From assembly GCA_963674595.2 (NCBI GenBank), contig CAXXFV010000016.1, positions 64,001 to 128,000 on the forward strand: a DNA stretch of 64,000 nucleotides, in the 5' to 3' direction. This DNA is from a bacterium. Its GTDB lineage: Bacteria > Zhuqueibacterota > Zhuqueibacteria > Residuimicrobiales > Krinioviventaceae. Below are positions 40,736 through 50,611 of the stretch, piece after piece; the first letter of the stretch is position 1, and each line of letters starts with the position of its first letter. The notes under the pieces are model-generated. The model had not been told where the DNA came from and ran no database searches. It saw only the letters and a list, made by a program, of their open reading frames with translations. Position numbers and translations under genes: made by a program.

Positions 40736-41605
40736 TTACTGTAACGGTACCCTGTTGGATACAAATTGTCTGTCAGGGAAATCGTTTCTTAAACGTTCAA
40801 TATCTTTTTCTGAAAGCGCCCAGTTTAAAGCTTGCAGGTTTTCATCCAAATGTTCCGGGGAACGCATTGTAGATAATGAAACAACATTCTGTTGAGAAAT
40901 TAACCAGTTTATGGCAATTTGTGCTGGTGTTTTATTGTATTTTTTACTCATTTCATCAAGCAGTGAAATGTTTTTGGTATTCAATACACCTTTTTCGATC
41001 GGCCGCCAGGCTATAAGATAAATATCATTGTCCTGACAATACTGTAAAACACCCTTAACCTCAGGTTCTCTGTAAATTAAATTGTAATGAACTTGATTGG
41101 CTATAATTTTATTTGTGGTATATGACTGGGCTTCTTTCATCCTTGCTACATTAAAATTGCTCACACCGATATTTTTTACCAGTCCATCTGAAACCAGTTT
41201 GTCCATTGCCATCATGGTTTCTTTTAAAGGAATCTCCGGGTTGGGCCAATGAATAAGATAAAGATCGAGATAATTTGTCTTTAGCCGGTTTAAACTGGCT
41301 TTGGCTGATTTAATTACATCATCAAATGCCAGGTGGGCCCCAACAACTTTGGAAACCAGATAAAGTTTTGATCGATCAAAATCAGAAATTGCACGGCCAA
41401 CAAGGGTTTCGGCATATCCGTCAGCATATAGTTCAGCGGTATCGATATGTGTTATTCCATTATCGATAGCTCTGCGAATAGCAGCAATATCTCTTTCATC
41501 ATTGTTTTGCAGGTCCCGCTCAGATCGTCCTCCCATCATCCATGTACCTAATCCAAAAACAGGAAATGCATATCCATTTTTTAATGTTTTTACCGGGATT
41601 GTCAT
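40736..41605 (-). CDS. Aldo/keto reductase
   Basis: FGLGTW, IDTAELY, SKV, LDLYLIHWP, IGVSNF, NQVHYN. Confidence 0.92.
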   Translation of the reverse strand: MTIPVKTLKNGYAFPVFGLGTWMMGGRSERDLQNNDERDIAAIRRAIDNGITHIDTAELYADGYAETLVGRAISDFDRSKLYLVSKVVGAHLAFDDVIKSAKASLNRLKTNYLDLYLIHWPNPEIPLKETMMAMDKLVSDGLVKNIGVSNFNVARMKEAQSYTTNKIIANQVHYNLIYREPEVKGVLQYCQDNDIYLIAWRPIEKGVLNTKNISLLDEMSKKYNKTPAQIAINWLISQQNVVSLSTMRSPEHLDENLQALNWALSEKDIERLRNDFPDRQFVSNRVPLQ

Positions 41606-42489
41606 TATAAATCCAGCTTTTTAAGCCAGTCTAAAAACAAGTCCGGCCAGGAGGTGACCACTCCGCCTTTTACTCCCAGACCGAATCCGTGTCCTCCTTT
41701 ACAGTAGACAATCAGATTGGTCGGAATATTAAATTCATGTAATTTTTGGTATAATTGCATTGTTCCTTCAACCGGGGTGGTTTCATCATCACCGGCACAC
41801 GCTAAAAAGACCGGAGGTGTTGAGGCTGAAATATTGGATGTTAATTCCGCTGTATAAGCCGGATACATTAAGACTGAAAAATCAGGCCGTGCAGATATTT
41901 TTTTAGAAAAATTTAATTGTTCATGTAAAAGTGTCACCGCTGCTGCCAGGTGTCCACCGGCTGAAAATCCCATTACACCGATTTTATTCGGATTAATGCC
42001 CCATTTTCGGGCATTTTCACGCACCAGTCTGACAGCCTGTATACCGTCGGACATAAGGGCCTGTTTGACCGGTAAAGGAGTGTCATCGCCGCGTGGAATG
42101 TCAGCAGGAAGCGTACGATATTTAACAACAAACGCATGGACGCCTGCCTGGTTGAGGCGTTCGGCAATATCATGGCCTTCTTTATCAATAACAATTCGTC
42201 TGTAACCACCGCCCGGAAATATAATGACGGCTATACTGTCTATAGGATGACTCGCCGGGTGAAATGTGATTTCAGGGGTACTGACGTTCGATATAGACCG
42301 ATTCAACCCTTTGGCGTTTTGGTCTTCTGTTCGGTTTTCAGTAGCTTCCTGTTCCGCATGCCGTATCATATTTATTTTTAATCCATTAGGCCACAATGGA
42401 TAGGTTTCGGCCTTTTTTTCTTTTTCTCCGGAACAGGAGAAAAACATGAAAAACATAAAGCCATATAATAGATAATAATAAATTTTCAT
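41605..42489 (-). CDS. Alpha/beta hydrolase lipoprotein (acetyl/xylan esterase-like)
   Basis: Lipobox FFSC; PGGGY, GFSAGGHL nucleophile elbow, D, GGHGFG. Confidence 0.88.
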   Translation of the reverse strand: MKIYYYLLYGFMFFMFFSCSGEKEKKAETYPLWPNGLKINMIRHAEQEATENRTEDQNAKGLNRSISNVSTPEITFHPASHPIDSIAVIIFPGGGYRRIVIDKEGHDIAERLNQAGVHAFVVKYRTLPADIPRGDDTPLPVKQALMSDGIQAVRLVRENARKWGINPNKIGVMGFSAGGHLAAAVTLLHEQLNFSKKISARPDFSVLMYPAYTAELTSNISASTPPVFLACAGDDETTPVEGTMQLYQKLHEFNIPTNLIVYCKGGHGFGLGVKGGVVTSWPDLFLDWLKKLDL

Positions 42490-42501
42490 CTATATACCTT
42501 T

Positions 42502-44418
42502 CTATTTGGTAAATTTTCCGATGGTATGTTTTGCCACTCTGGAAACGTACTTGTTGTCGGGATCGTTCAGAACTTTTTCCAGAAACGGTAAAACAGGTTT
42601 GGCTTTTTCTTCTATTTCATCACAAACCAACGCTGCCTGCAAACGGACCCATTCCTTTTCGCTTTGCAGTCCGCTAATAACTATCGGCAGGCCCATTTCA
42701 TCCAAGTCCATTTTACAGAGGGCACGTGCGGCAGCAATACGTACACTGTCACTGGAATCATTCAAGGCACTGGTTAATTGTTTTTTTGCCTGAACTGTTT
42801 TCAAACCCAAATTCCCCAGGCCAATGGCGCCCCAATACCGTACGGAGACGTCTTTGTCCTCCATTGCCTGTAAAAGAGTTGGGCGGTCAGTCCGGTCCGG
42901 CCGACCTGCCATAGCAGCGACTGCCTGTATTTTAGCAATATCTATTTCCGGATGTGCCTGTCTAAATATACTGTATCGATTTGGATATTTTTTGTCCAGT
43001 TCAGCAAGTTCCGGTTCCGGCAACAGTCCCAAATCTTTAATATCCAATACCCATTTTTGATGTGCATCCCACATTTTGTCCAAAATTTTTGCATATTCCG
43101 GATTGCCGGCAAGATTGTTTAATTCATGAGGATCATTTACTATATCATACAACTCTTCAACCGGTTTGTTTTTTGCCATGAATTTTTTTGAATCCGGTAA
43201 TAGTTTTCCTTCAGCCTGAACACGACGCCATTCCTTCATCATCGGGCCGTTTTCAGCATATTCCATATATTGAGCATAGGGATAATAGGGCTGATAATTG
43301 CGAAGGTATTTAAATCGTTTGTCCCGAACGGCGCGAATTCTGTCATAGCGTTCATCCATTCTGTCCCGGGCCGCATAAATATATTCTCGCGGAGCTGGTT
43401 TATTTTCTCCTAAAAACACCTGGCCTTGCATGTGTTGTGGAATGTCTGCGCCTGCCAGGTTTAATACGGTGGGAGCAAAATCAATGGTACTAACCAGGTC
43501 CGTACATACCGTTCCGGCTTTTTCGTCTTTATTTGTTTGATATTTTTCCGGTATTCGAATAATAACCGGAACTTTAATGCCGGAATCATACAGCCAGCGT
43601 TTTGCACGGGGCATACCGGCACCGTGATCTGACCAGAAAAAGACGATGGTGTCATTTTCAAGATTATCGGCTTTTAACTGTTCCAAAATATCTTTGACCC
43701 AGTGGTCCAAAAGAGTAATAAGCTCATAATAATGAGCCCAATGTTTACGCATTATAGGGGTATCGGGATAATAAGGGGGAAGTGTTGACATTTTGTTTGG
43801 ATTTTGTCGTTCGGCAGATGTGAGAGACTTTGTAAGTTCTTTATGCTCTGCATCGGTCAAATTGACCGTACCTTCATGTGTGTGAGTATAATTGAATACT
43901 GAAAAAAATGGTGTATTCGGATCGGGTCTGTTTCTCCAATGGGCATCGTGACTGGAATCATTCCAGGCTGTTGCCGGAGGATCAAATTGATAATCTTCTT
44001 TGTAATTGTTTGTACAGTAATATCCTTCCTGCTGCAAGTACTCTGAAAAACATTTTATTTGGGCAGGGACGGACGGCTTGATTGACCGTTCCGGTCCTTC
44101 ACCGCCGGACCGCATGTGCATGGTCCCAAGTGAGTTTTGATAAACACCTGAGATAATACAGGACCGGTTTGGTCCACATACCGGCGCAACTGTAAAGGCA
44201 TTTTTATATATTATCCCTTGTTTTGCAAATTTGTCCAGTGTTGGTGTTATTGCATGTGGATCACCGTAACATCCCAGTTGTGCGCTTATATCTTCACATG
44301 AAAGCCATAAAATATTTGGTTTTTGTTTTTTATTTCCAGCCCACGCTGATAGTGGTTGCAGTGATAGGGCTGCTGTTGCTAATCCGCTTTGTTTTAAAAA
44401 AGTTCTACGATTCGACAT
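42502..44418 (-). CDS. Tat-exported formylglycine-dependent sulfatase with C-terminal HEAT repeats
   Basis: NRRTFLK; PNILW...ED, CGPNR (CxPxR), SDHG, KRWLYDSG, EELYD...DP.E..NLA; HEAT motifs D.SVR..AA; RBS ggagg. Confidence 0.92.
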   Translation of the reverse strand: MSNRRTFLKQSGLATAALSLQPLSAWAGNKKQKPNILWLSCEDISAQLGCYGDPHAITPTLDKFAKQGIIYKNAFTVAPVCGPNRSCIISGVYQNSLGTMHMRSGGEGPERSIKPSVPAQIKCFSEYLQQEGYYCTNNYKEDYQFDPPATAWNDSSHDAHWRNRPDPNTPFFSVFNYTHTHEGTVNLTDAEHKELTKSLTSAERQNPNKMSTLPPYYPDTPIMRKHWAHYYELITLLDHWVKDILEQLKADNLENDTIVFFWSDHGAGMPRAKRWLYDSGIKVPVIIRIPEKYQTNKDEKAGTVCTDLVSTIDFAPTVLNLAGADIPQHMQGQVFLGENKPAPREYIYAARDRMDERYDRIRAVRDKRFKYLRNYQPYYPYAQYMEYAENGPMMKEWRRVQAEGKLLPDSKKFMAKNKPVEELYDIVNDPHELNNLAGNPEYAKILDKMWDAHQKWVLDIKDLGLLPEPELAELDKKYPNRYSIFRQAHPEIDIAKIQAVAAMAGRPDRTDRPTLLQAMEDKDVSVRYWGAIGLGNLGLKTVQAKKQLTSALNDSSDSVRIAAARALCKMDLDEMGLPIVISGLQSEKEWVRLQAALVCDEIEEKAKPVLPFLEKVLNDPDNKYVSRVAKHTIGKFTK

Positions 44419-44448
44419 GATGTCCTCCATATTATCCTGATTGTTTAA

Positions 44449-44477
44449 AAGATAAGAGAGTTTTTTGCTATTGTCAA
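44449..44477 (-). promoter_or_regulatory. Putative sigma70 promoter for the sulfatase operon
   Basis: TTGACA-N17-TATCTT on the minus strand. Confidence 0.6.
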
Positions 44478-44563
44478 TGTATTATCTGAAAAAAACATTT
44501 TTCTTTTTACAAAAAATGGTTATACTCAATCAAACCAAAATTTTTTAAAATTGGGAGCTTAAG

Positions 44564-45486
44564 ATGGGGAAACTAATTTGGTTAGGTATCTGTGTTTTTT
44601 CAAGCCTTGCTATTGTAAATGCTTTTGCAGAAAAAGTAAAAATAGACAGTGTGTTGGATACCAATTGTTTTCGTGTTTCGGACGGCAGGTTTATCGGTCT
44701 GGAAAACATAAAAGCCATTTCAATATACACGAAAAATGAACGGGATGCCCGATTTGCACGTGATATTTTTGGTGAAATAGAAAAAGATATGCTGAACAAA
44801 TCTTTCGAGTTTACTGCAAGCAAATACAATGTACATACGGATATTTATTACGGCCAGTTGTATATTGAATACCCATTTACCAAAGTTTCAGTGAACAAAA
44901 AGTTTTTACAAAAGGGGTATGGTGAATTCGCCGAGTCCGACGATTCAACTCAAAATGGCGAATTACAAAAAGCCGCCCGTATGGCTGAGAAAAAACAAAT
45001 CGGAATTATGGACCCGGAGCGAGGGAACGTTAAAAAGCTTGATGTGCGGGACATTCGTCTGCGTATATTTCCCTTTGGCTGGAATGAGGATTTTGATGAG
45101 CTTCATAGCGATTTTAGTAAATTACCATTTATCAATTTGAACTTGCGTTGGTCAAATGTTAAAATGAAACCGGTACGTCCTTCTCAGGCTGATTTTGCCT
45201 ATGAAGTCGGGCTCCTTTTTTATTTTCTTCCCTATGTAATGACCGGACCGGAAATTCGGCTGTTTAACTATTTTTTATTCGAGTTTAATGCAGGCACTTT
45301 AATTTTACTGCCTTATGTAGGTTTTGAGGATGCATTTTATCCGTGTTATTCGGTAGTGCAGGAATAATTATACCCTTTTCAAGACGTATCCGATTTGAAG
45401 CGTTATACAGCAATTTCGGAATTTATAGCGATAGTAAATTTTGGAATGCGAGGTATTTTTTGTTTGGTGTTGGATTAAGAAGATAA
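44564..45486 (+). CDS. Secreted protein: degenerate thermonuclease (SNase)-like domain + probable beta-barrel C-terminus; frameshift near 45340
   Basis: KIDSVLD, VNKKFLQKGYG, AARMAEKKQIGI fit the SNase fold. An alternative frame continues LFGSAGIIIP...YFLFGVGLRR to a stop at 45486. Confidence 0.5.
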
Positions 45487-45503
45487 AAATATTATATTAC
45501 CGC

Positions 45504-46217
45504 ATGAGGCATATTCGTCAGATAAAATTTGGTGAGCATGGAAAAATTTTGGTTTTGGCCCCGCATCCGGATGATTTTGATGAGATTGCGGTAACCATGC
45601 ACTATTTTTATAAAAAGAATTTTTCCATTTTTTTAAATGTTCTCAGTTCCGGCGCAAGTGGTGTTCAGGATTCTTATATGGTCCATTTTCCCGGCATATC
45701 GAAACAGGAAAAACGTGAACAGGAACAATGCCAAAGCTGTCGATATTTCGGTTTAGGGGAACGGCAGGTATCCTTTATGCGTTTACAACTGGACGATACC
45801 GGTCATTTGTTGGATTGTGATGAAAATTTACAGCAGATCAGGAATGTGATAAACCAAATGAAACCGGACATTATATGTTGTCCGCATGAAAACGATACGA
45901 ATCAGGACCATCGTTTGACTGTTGAAATGGCGGAGAGAGTTTTACAACAAGGTGAACAATCAACCATTATGCTGTTGAATCGTGATCCGAAAACAATTTC
46001 TATGAAAAACAATGTTTTTACACCATTTGATGAACAACAGGCGCAATGGAAAGCGCAAATGCTACGTTTTCACGATTCCCAACATCAGCGAAATTTGCAT
46101 ACCCGTGGATACGGATTTGATGAACGTATTTTGCGAGTAAACCGGGATAGTGCCAAAGAGCACGATTTAAAAGAAAAATATGCAGAGGTTTTTGAAACAA
46201 GATATATAAACAAGTAA
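45504..46217 (+). CDS. PIG-L/LmbE-family deacetylase
   Basis: LVLAPHPDD, R..E, KPDIICCPH..D...DH, H.SQ, YAEVF. Confidence 0.85.
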   Translation: MRHIRQIKFGEHGKILVLAPHPDDFDEIAVTMHYFYKKNFSIFLNVLSSGASGVQDSYMVHFPGISKQEKREQEQCQSCRYFGLGERQVSFMRLQLDDTGHLLDCDENLQQIRNVINQMKPDIICCPHENDTNQDHRLTVEMAERVLQQGEQSTIMLLNRDPKTISMKNNVFTPFDEQQAQWKAQMLRFHDSQHQRNLHTRGYGFDERILRVNRDSAKEHDLKEKYAEVFETRYINK

Positions 46218-46229
46218 AGAGAGGATGTT

Positions 46230-47318
46230 ATGGCAACATTATTTGGACAAAACTATACAAAGAGAGAGTTACAAAAACGTGTGGGAGACATGTCGCAAAT
46301 TGCCGGGATACGTCCAGTAGAATTTAAAAATGGCAATGAAAAAGGATTGCGTGCTTTGGAATTTACCACAGGCAGTGGTTTACAATTTACTGTTTTGGCA
46401 GACCGGGCCATGGATATATACGATGCAAAATTCAATGGCCAGTCCCTGACCTGGCATTCACAGGCTGGTCCCGTAGCTCCTGAATTTTATGATCCCCATG
46501 ATATCGGCTGGTTGTGGAATATGGCCGGCGGGCTGGTTGTAACCTGTGGATTGACCCAGGCGGGCCCTGCGGAAGTGGACGGTGATGAAGAGCTTGGCGT
46601 TCACGGCCGTATTGCGAACATGCCGGCAAAAAACGTCTCTTTTGGCACGGAATGGGAAGACGATGAATATGTATTATATGCTACCGGTGAAATGCGTGAA
46701 GCCCGAATTTTTGGTTATAATCTGCTGATGCGCCGCAGCATACACACACAACTCGGGCAATCACGAATTCGGATTCAGGACGAAATTATAAACGACGGTT
46801 TTGAAAAAGCGCCGTTAATGTTTTTATACCATTGTAATATGGGATTCCCCATTGTTGATAAAGGCAGTGAATTACTGGCTGTTATTGAAAATATGGTCCC
46901 ACGCGATCGGGATGCTGAAAGTGGTGTGGCAAATTTTGATACTTTTGAAGCACCAACACCGGAATATGCGGAACAGTGTTTTTTTATTGATCATGATGTT
47001 GATGACAAGGGACTTGTCCATGTCGGGTTGGTTAACAGAAATTTTAATAACGGACAGGGATTTGGTGTGTATATGAGTTATTTAAAAAAGGAATTACCGC
47101 AATATACACAATGGAAAATGGTAGGAGAGGGAAATTACGTAGTCGGTATGGAACCCGGAAACTGTATCCCGGAAGGCCGGGCCACGGCACGTAAACGGGG
47201 ATCATTAGAGTTTGTTGAACCCGGTGAAAAACGCACCTTTCATCTTGAGATTGGTGTGATGCCCTCAAACAATGAAATTCGTGCTTTTGAGGCAAAGCTC
47301 AGGGGACTAACAGAATAG
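46230..47318 (+). CDS. Aldose 1-epimerase-like protein (DUF4432 family)
   Basis: GLQFTVLADRAMDI, GG...TCGL..AG, HGRI.N.PA, LYHCNMGFP, Q W...G.YV.G.EP. Confidence 0.85.
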   Translation: MATLFGQNYTKRELQKRVGDMSQIAGIRPVEFKNGNEKGLRALEFTTGSGLQFTVLADRAMDIYDAKFNGQSLTWHSQAGPVAPEFYDPHDIGWLWNMAGGLVVTCGLTQAGPAEVDGDEELGVHGRIANMPAKNVSFGTEWEDDEYVLYATGEMREARIFGYNLLMRRSIHTQLGQSRIRIQDEIINDGFEKAPLMFLYHCNMGFPIVDKGSELLAVIENMVPRDRDAESGVANFDTFEAPTPEYAEQCFFIDHDVDDKGLVHVGLVNRNFNNGQGFGVYMSYLKKELPQYTQWKMVGEGNYVVGMEPGNCIPEGRATARKRGSLEFVEPGEKRTFHLEIGVMPSNNEIRAFEAKLRGLTE

Positions 47319-47324
47319 TTGAAG

Positions 47325-47359
47325 AACAATCGGTCTGTTGTTAAAACAGGCCGATTGTT
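47325..47359. terminator. Hairpin between convergent genes
   Basis: aacaatcggtctgtt-gttaa-aacaggccgattgtt. Confidence 0.65.
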
Positions 47360-48185
47360 AATACTCCAGCACAAGCCCTGCACCCACCTCTTCAATCGGT
47401 ACAACCTGTGATAATTCAATCTTTGATTGTAAATCGGTACAATGACAGGCATGGACCGCATCTGGTTTTAATTTTTTCATATATTTTAATGTGCCTTCAA
47501 GCTGTTGCTGTGAAGGATTTTGCAGGTGAAACCCGCCGATAATATCTACAATGCGGTCGTCCCGGCACAGGTTTTTTGCATATTCAATGATATTACATAT
47601 ACCGGCATGGGAACAGCCTGTGATAATTACCAGTCCGTCAAGTGATCTATAAACCAGGGCCGTATCGTCTAAAATATAGTCGTCTGCTCCGTTGGACATT
47701 TTACCAATGGGGTATTGTGCTTCAAATTCAAAAAGACGTTCAATTTCACCCAGATAGATCAAATTTTCAGTCAGATTTTTTGGGGCTTTGCCCAACTCTA
47801 AAGAAAAATGTTCAGCTAATTTTTCTTCGGAAAGCAGCGAACCTATTTCAGGAATTTCTGAAAACGAACGTGTGGAAAACACATGCGGATGTGCCGTCAG
47901 GGACGGTTTTGTATGGTCCAAAGATTCAAGTTTTGCTTCGGTAAATAGTTGCACAAGCGGAAACAATCCCCATGTATGGTCCAAATGTCCGTGAGAAAGT
48001 ACAATTTTATCGGTTTTCAACAGATCAATTTGCATTTTTTGGGCGTTTTTTATAAATGCGTCAGAATAACCAACATCAAATAAAACTGAGGTATCCTCAT
48101 CCTCAATGAAAAATGAAAGACCCGGTTCTCCCAAAAAATACCGGTCAATGAGTGTGTTGTTATCAACCAATACGCTGAGTTTCAT
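47358..48185 (-). CDS. MBL-fold metallo-hydrolase
   Basis: GLSFFIE, LFD.G, LSHGHLDHTWG, TGCSHAGI.N, GGFHL, CHCT. Confidence 0.88.
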   Translation of the reverse strand: MKLSVLVDNNTLIDRYFLGEPGLSFFIEDEDTSVLFDVGYSDAFIKNAQKMQIDLLKTDKIVLSHGHLDHTWGLFPLVQLFTEAKLESLDHTKPSLTAHPHVFSTRSFSEIPEIGSLLSEEKLAEHFSLELGKAPKNLTENLIYLGEIERLFEFEAQYPIGKMSNGADDYILDDTALVYRSLDGLVIITGCSHAGICNIIEYAKNLCRDDRIVDIIGGFHLQNPSQQQLEGTLKYMKKLKPDAVHACHCTDLQSKIELSQVVPIEEVGAGLVLEY

Positions 48186-48216
48186 AGGCACCTCGTATTG
48201 CTGTTTTTAAATGATC

Positions 48217-48247
48217 AAAAAGCTGTCTGTTTAATTTAACAGACAGC
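48217..48247 (-). terminator. Intrinsic terminator after the GH26 gene
   Basis: gctgtctgtt-N6-aacagacagc followed by TTTTT on the minus strand. Confidence 0.65.
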
Positions 48248-48287
48248 CCGGTTTTGATATAAAGTTGAAAAAAGAGTAAATTAGTGC

Positions 48288-49352
48288 TTAATGAATATTT
48301 ATTTTAAAATGCCCGTTTTTGTTGGAAAGCTCGTCGAGTGTTATTACTCGTGGATCAGCAAACAATGCCTGTACGGTTTCAGGTTTGTTATGTTTTAATA
48401 AATAGGTATTCCATTCATAAAACCAGCTCCATTGGGGCTGCTGGTCAAGCACAGCCGGCAGGGGCAGATGGCCGACTTCACCCAGGGCAATTAATTTGCC
48501 CTGCGCCAGTTTTAACAAATCATCGTGATGACTTTGTTTCCAGTCATTTTTATAAACATCCGCAGCAAGAATATCGACATATTCAAGGCCCGGAAAATAA
48601 TCGGCATAGGGGTATGCTTCATCACCGGGAATATCGCGGGGCGCATTGGTATTCCAAACCCAGATTAAATTATTCAACTGGTGATAATTGGTAAAATAAT
48701 CATACATCATTCTCCAAAGTTTTGCAAAACCATTCGGACCGGGTTTTTGGCACCACCAGAACCACACACCGTTCATTTCATGATAGGGCCGCCATAACAC
48801 AGGAACATCGGCATCCCGGAGCTGCTTTAAAAATTTTGCCACACGATCTGCCTGGGCACACCAGGCATCATTTAAGTGAGTGCCTTTTGTGGTTAAAGAA
48901 TCCCATTCTGCGGTTGTCAGGGTATCATCCCAAACCCAGATACTTTCCTGACAGCAAGGTTCGCCGTCAGTCGGAAAACAACTGTGCCACATCAGGGTAA
49001 TTATTGAGCCTTGTTTGCTCATTTCTTTTGCACAGTCTATAACACCTTGCCGAATTTCGGTTAAATTCGAGTCTTTACAACCATAGCTGAAATCAGAACC
49101 CCAAATCGCCGGATATTGCCCGACTGTTTCCAGTAATTCGTCGTTGCTGTGTGTGGGAACTTTTAAGGGATTATGCATTCCGGACAAAATGTATTTCCCG
49201 CGAATTTCATATAAAAAATCAAGCAGGGCAACAGCTTTTTTTGAAGCATTGGGATTAACCGGTTTGGGGTGAGAACATTTGGGGCTGCAAGCGCTTATTG
49301 TTATAAAATATAATAACATTACTGCAAATATGGCTTTTAACATGTTTTTCAT
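48288..49352 (-). CDS. Glycoside hydrolase family 26 (beta-mannanase-like) lipoprotein
   Basis: PAIWGSDF, WRPYHEMNG.WFWW (acid/base), LIWVW, PG..YVDI...DVY, ALGEVG (nucleophile). Confidence 0.9.
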   Translation of the reverse strand: MKNMLKAIFAVMLLYFITISACSPKCSHPKPVNPNASKKAVALLDFLYEIRGKYILSGMHNPLKVPTHSNDELLETVGQYPAIWGSDFSYGCKDSNLTEIRQGVIDCAKEMSKQGSIITLMWHSCFPTDGEPCCQESIWVWDDTLTTAEWDSLTTKGTHLNDAWCAQADRVAKFLKQLRDADVPVLWRPYHEMNGVWFWWCQKPGPNGFAKLWRMMYDYFTNYHQLNNLIWVWNTNAPRDIPGDEAYPYADYFPGLEYVDILAADVYKNDWKQSHHDDLLKLAQGKLIALGEVGHLPLPAVLDQQPQWSWFYEWNTYLLKHNKPETVQALFADPRVITLDELSNKNGHFKINIH

Positions 49353-49644
49353 GGAAAGCTCCTGAGTTTGAGGTTGGTTGTTGGTTTAAAGAGCCGATTC
49401 TTTAATATTCGCCCGAAATACAATGTATTATATTTTTTGTATATAAAGAAGCAGAAAAAAATTTTTTACGGTATTAAAAGTCAGATTATTCTGCTTGCGG
49501 ATAACGATCCCAGGCAAAATTATTTTCAGTCACCTGCTTTCACAAAAAGTTTTGCGGGAATTTTTCTTGATTTTTTCTTATTGTAATAAATAGTTTTTAA
49601 ATGAAATATGAGAGCTGGTTTTAATTTTAAATTTCAGGATTTTT

Positions 49645-50526
49645 ATGGAAAAGAGAATATTAGGCAGAACAGGGTTGCAGGTCGGTTTTATTGGTTTTGG
49701 TGCATTGGAAATCGGAAGAGATTGGGGTTTGGGTCCGGATAAAGTTAAACAACGGCCATCGGAACAGGATACCAAAAATATTTTAAATACTGCTCTTGAT
49801 CTCGGTATAAATTTAATCGACACGGCAAGCGCTTATCATTTAAGTGAAGAACGGATCGGTAAATTTATCGCAAACCGGCGAAATGAGTATTTTCTTGCTT
49901 CAAAATGTGGTGAGCATAATGATGAACCGGGTACGTATTATGATTTTTCCTACAAGGCTGTAAAAGAATCGATTGATAAAAGTTTAAATTTGTTAAAAAC
50001 AGATGTTATTGATATTATGCAAATACATTTCGGGCCCCAGCCGGAAATGGTATTAAAAGATGGTGAAACATTGGCGGCCATGCAGGACAGTCAGCGGGAA
50101 GGTAAAATTCGTTTTTTAGGCGCTTCACCGCCATTTTCTGTTTTGAATAGTTGCATTGAAACAGATGTTTTTGACGTATTGCAAATAAATTACAGTTTGT
50201 TAAACCGTGAAAGTGAAGAATTAATTAAAAAAGCCGCTGATAAAAATATAGGGATATTAATTCGGGGCGGTTTGGCTGCCGGTTATTTGACTGAAAAAGT
50301 TAAAAACGTGTCGCCGGATTATAATCCGGGAAAAATAGATAAAGTTAACAATTTACTTGAGCTGCTTGATAATAACTATGATCTGTTACCGGTTGCCGCC
50401 CTTCAATTTCTTAACAACAATAAAAACATTTCATCTGTATTGGTGGGCACGAAAAATATCCGGTATCTTGAAAAGGCCATTAACGCTTTTGATGTTAAAT
50501 TGCCTGTAGAAATTTCCGAAATTTAA
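49645..50526 (+). CDS. Aldo/keto reductase
   Basis: LGRTGL.V..IGFG, GINLIDTA..Y, SEERIG, ASKCG, QIH, GKIRFLG. Confidence 0.9.
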   Translation: MEKRILGRTGLQVGFIGFGALEIGRDWGLGPDKVKQRPSEQDTKNILNTALDLGINLIDTASAYHLSEERIGKFIANRRNEYFLASKCGEHNDEPGTYYDFSYKAVKESIDKSLNLLKTDVIDIMQIHFGPQPEMVLKDGETLAAMQDSQREGKIRFLGASPPFSVLNSCIETDVFDVLQINYSLLNRESEELIKKAADKNIGILIRGGLAAGYLTEKVKNVSPDYNPGKIDKVNNLLELLDNNYDLLPVAALQFLNNNKNISSVLVGTKNIRYLEKAINAFDVKLPVEISEI

Positions 50527-50611
50527 AAAAAAGCATTTCTTGTATTTTGTATTCTCATATTGTATATTTTGAATGTAAACATGATTATATAATTTAAGAG
50601 GAGGTGTCCCT

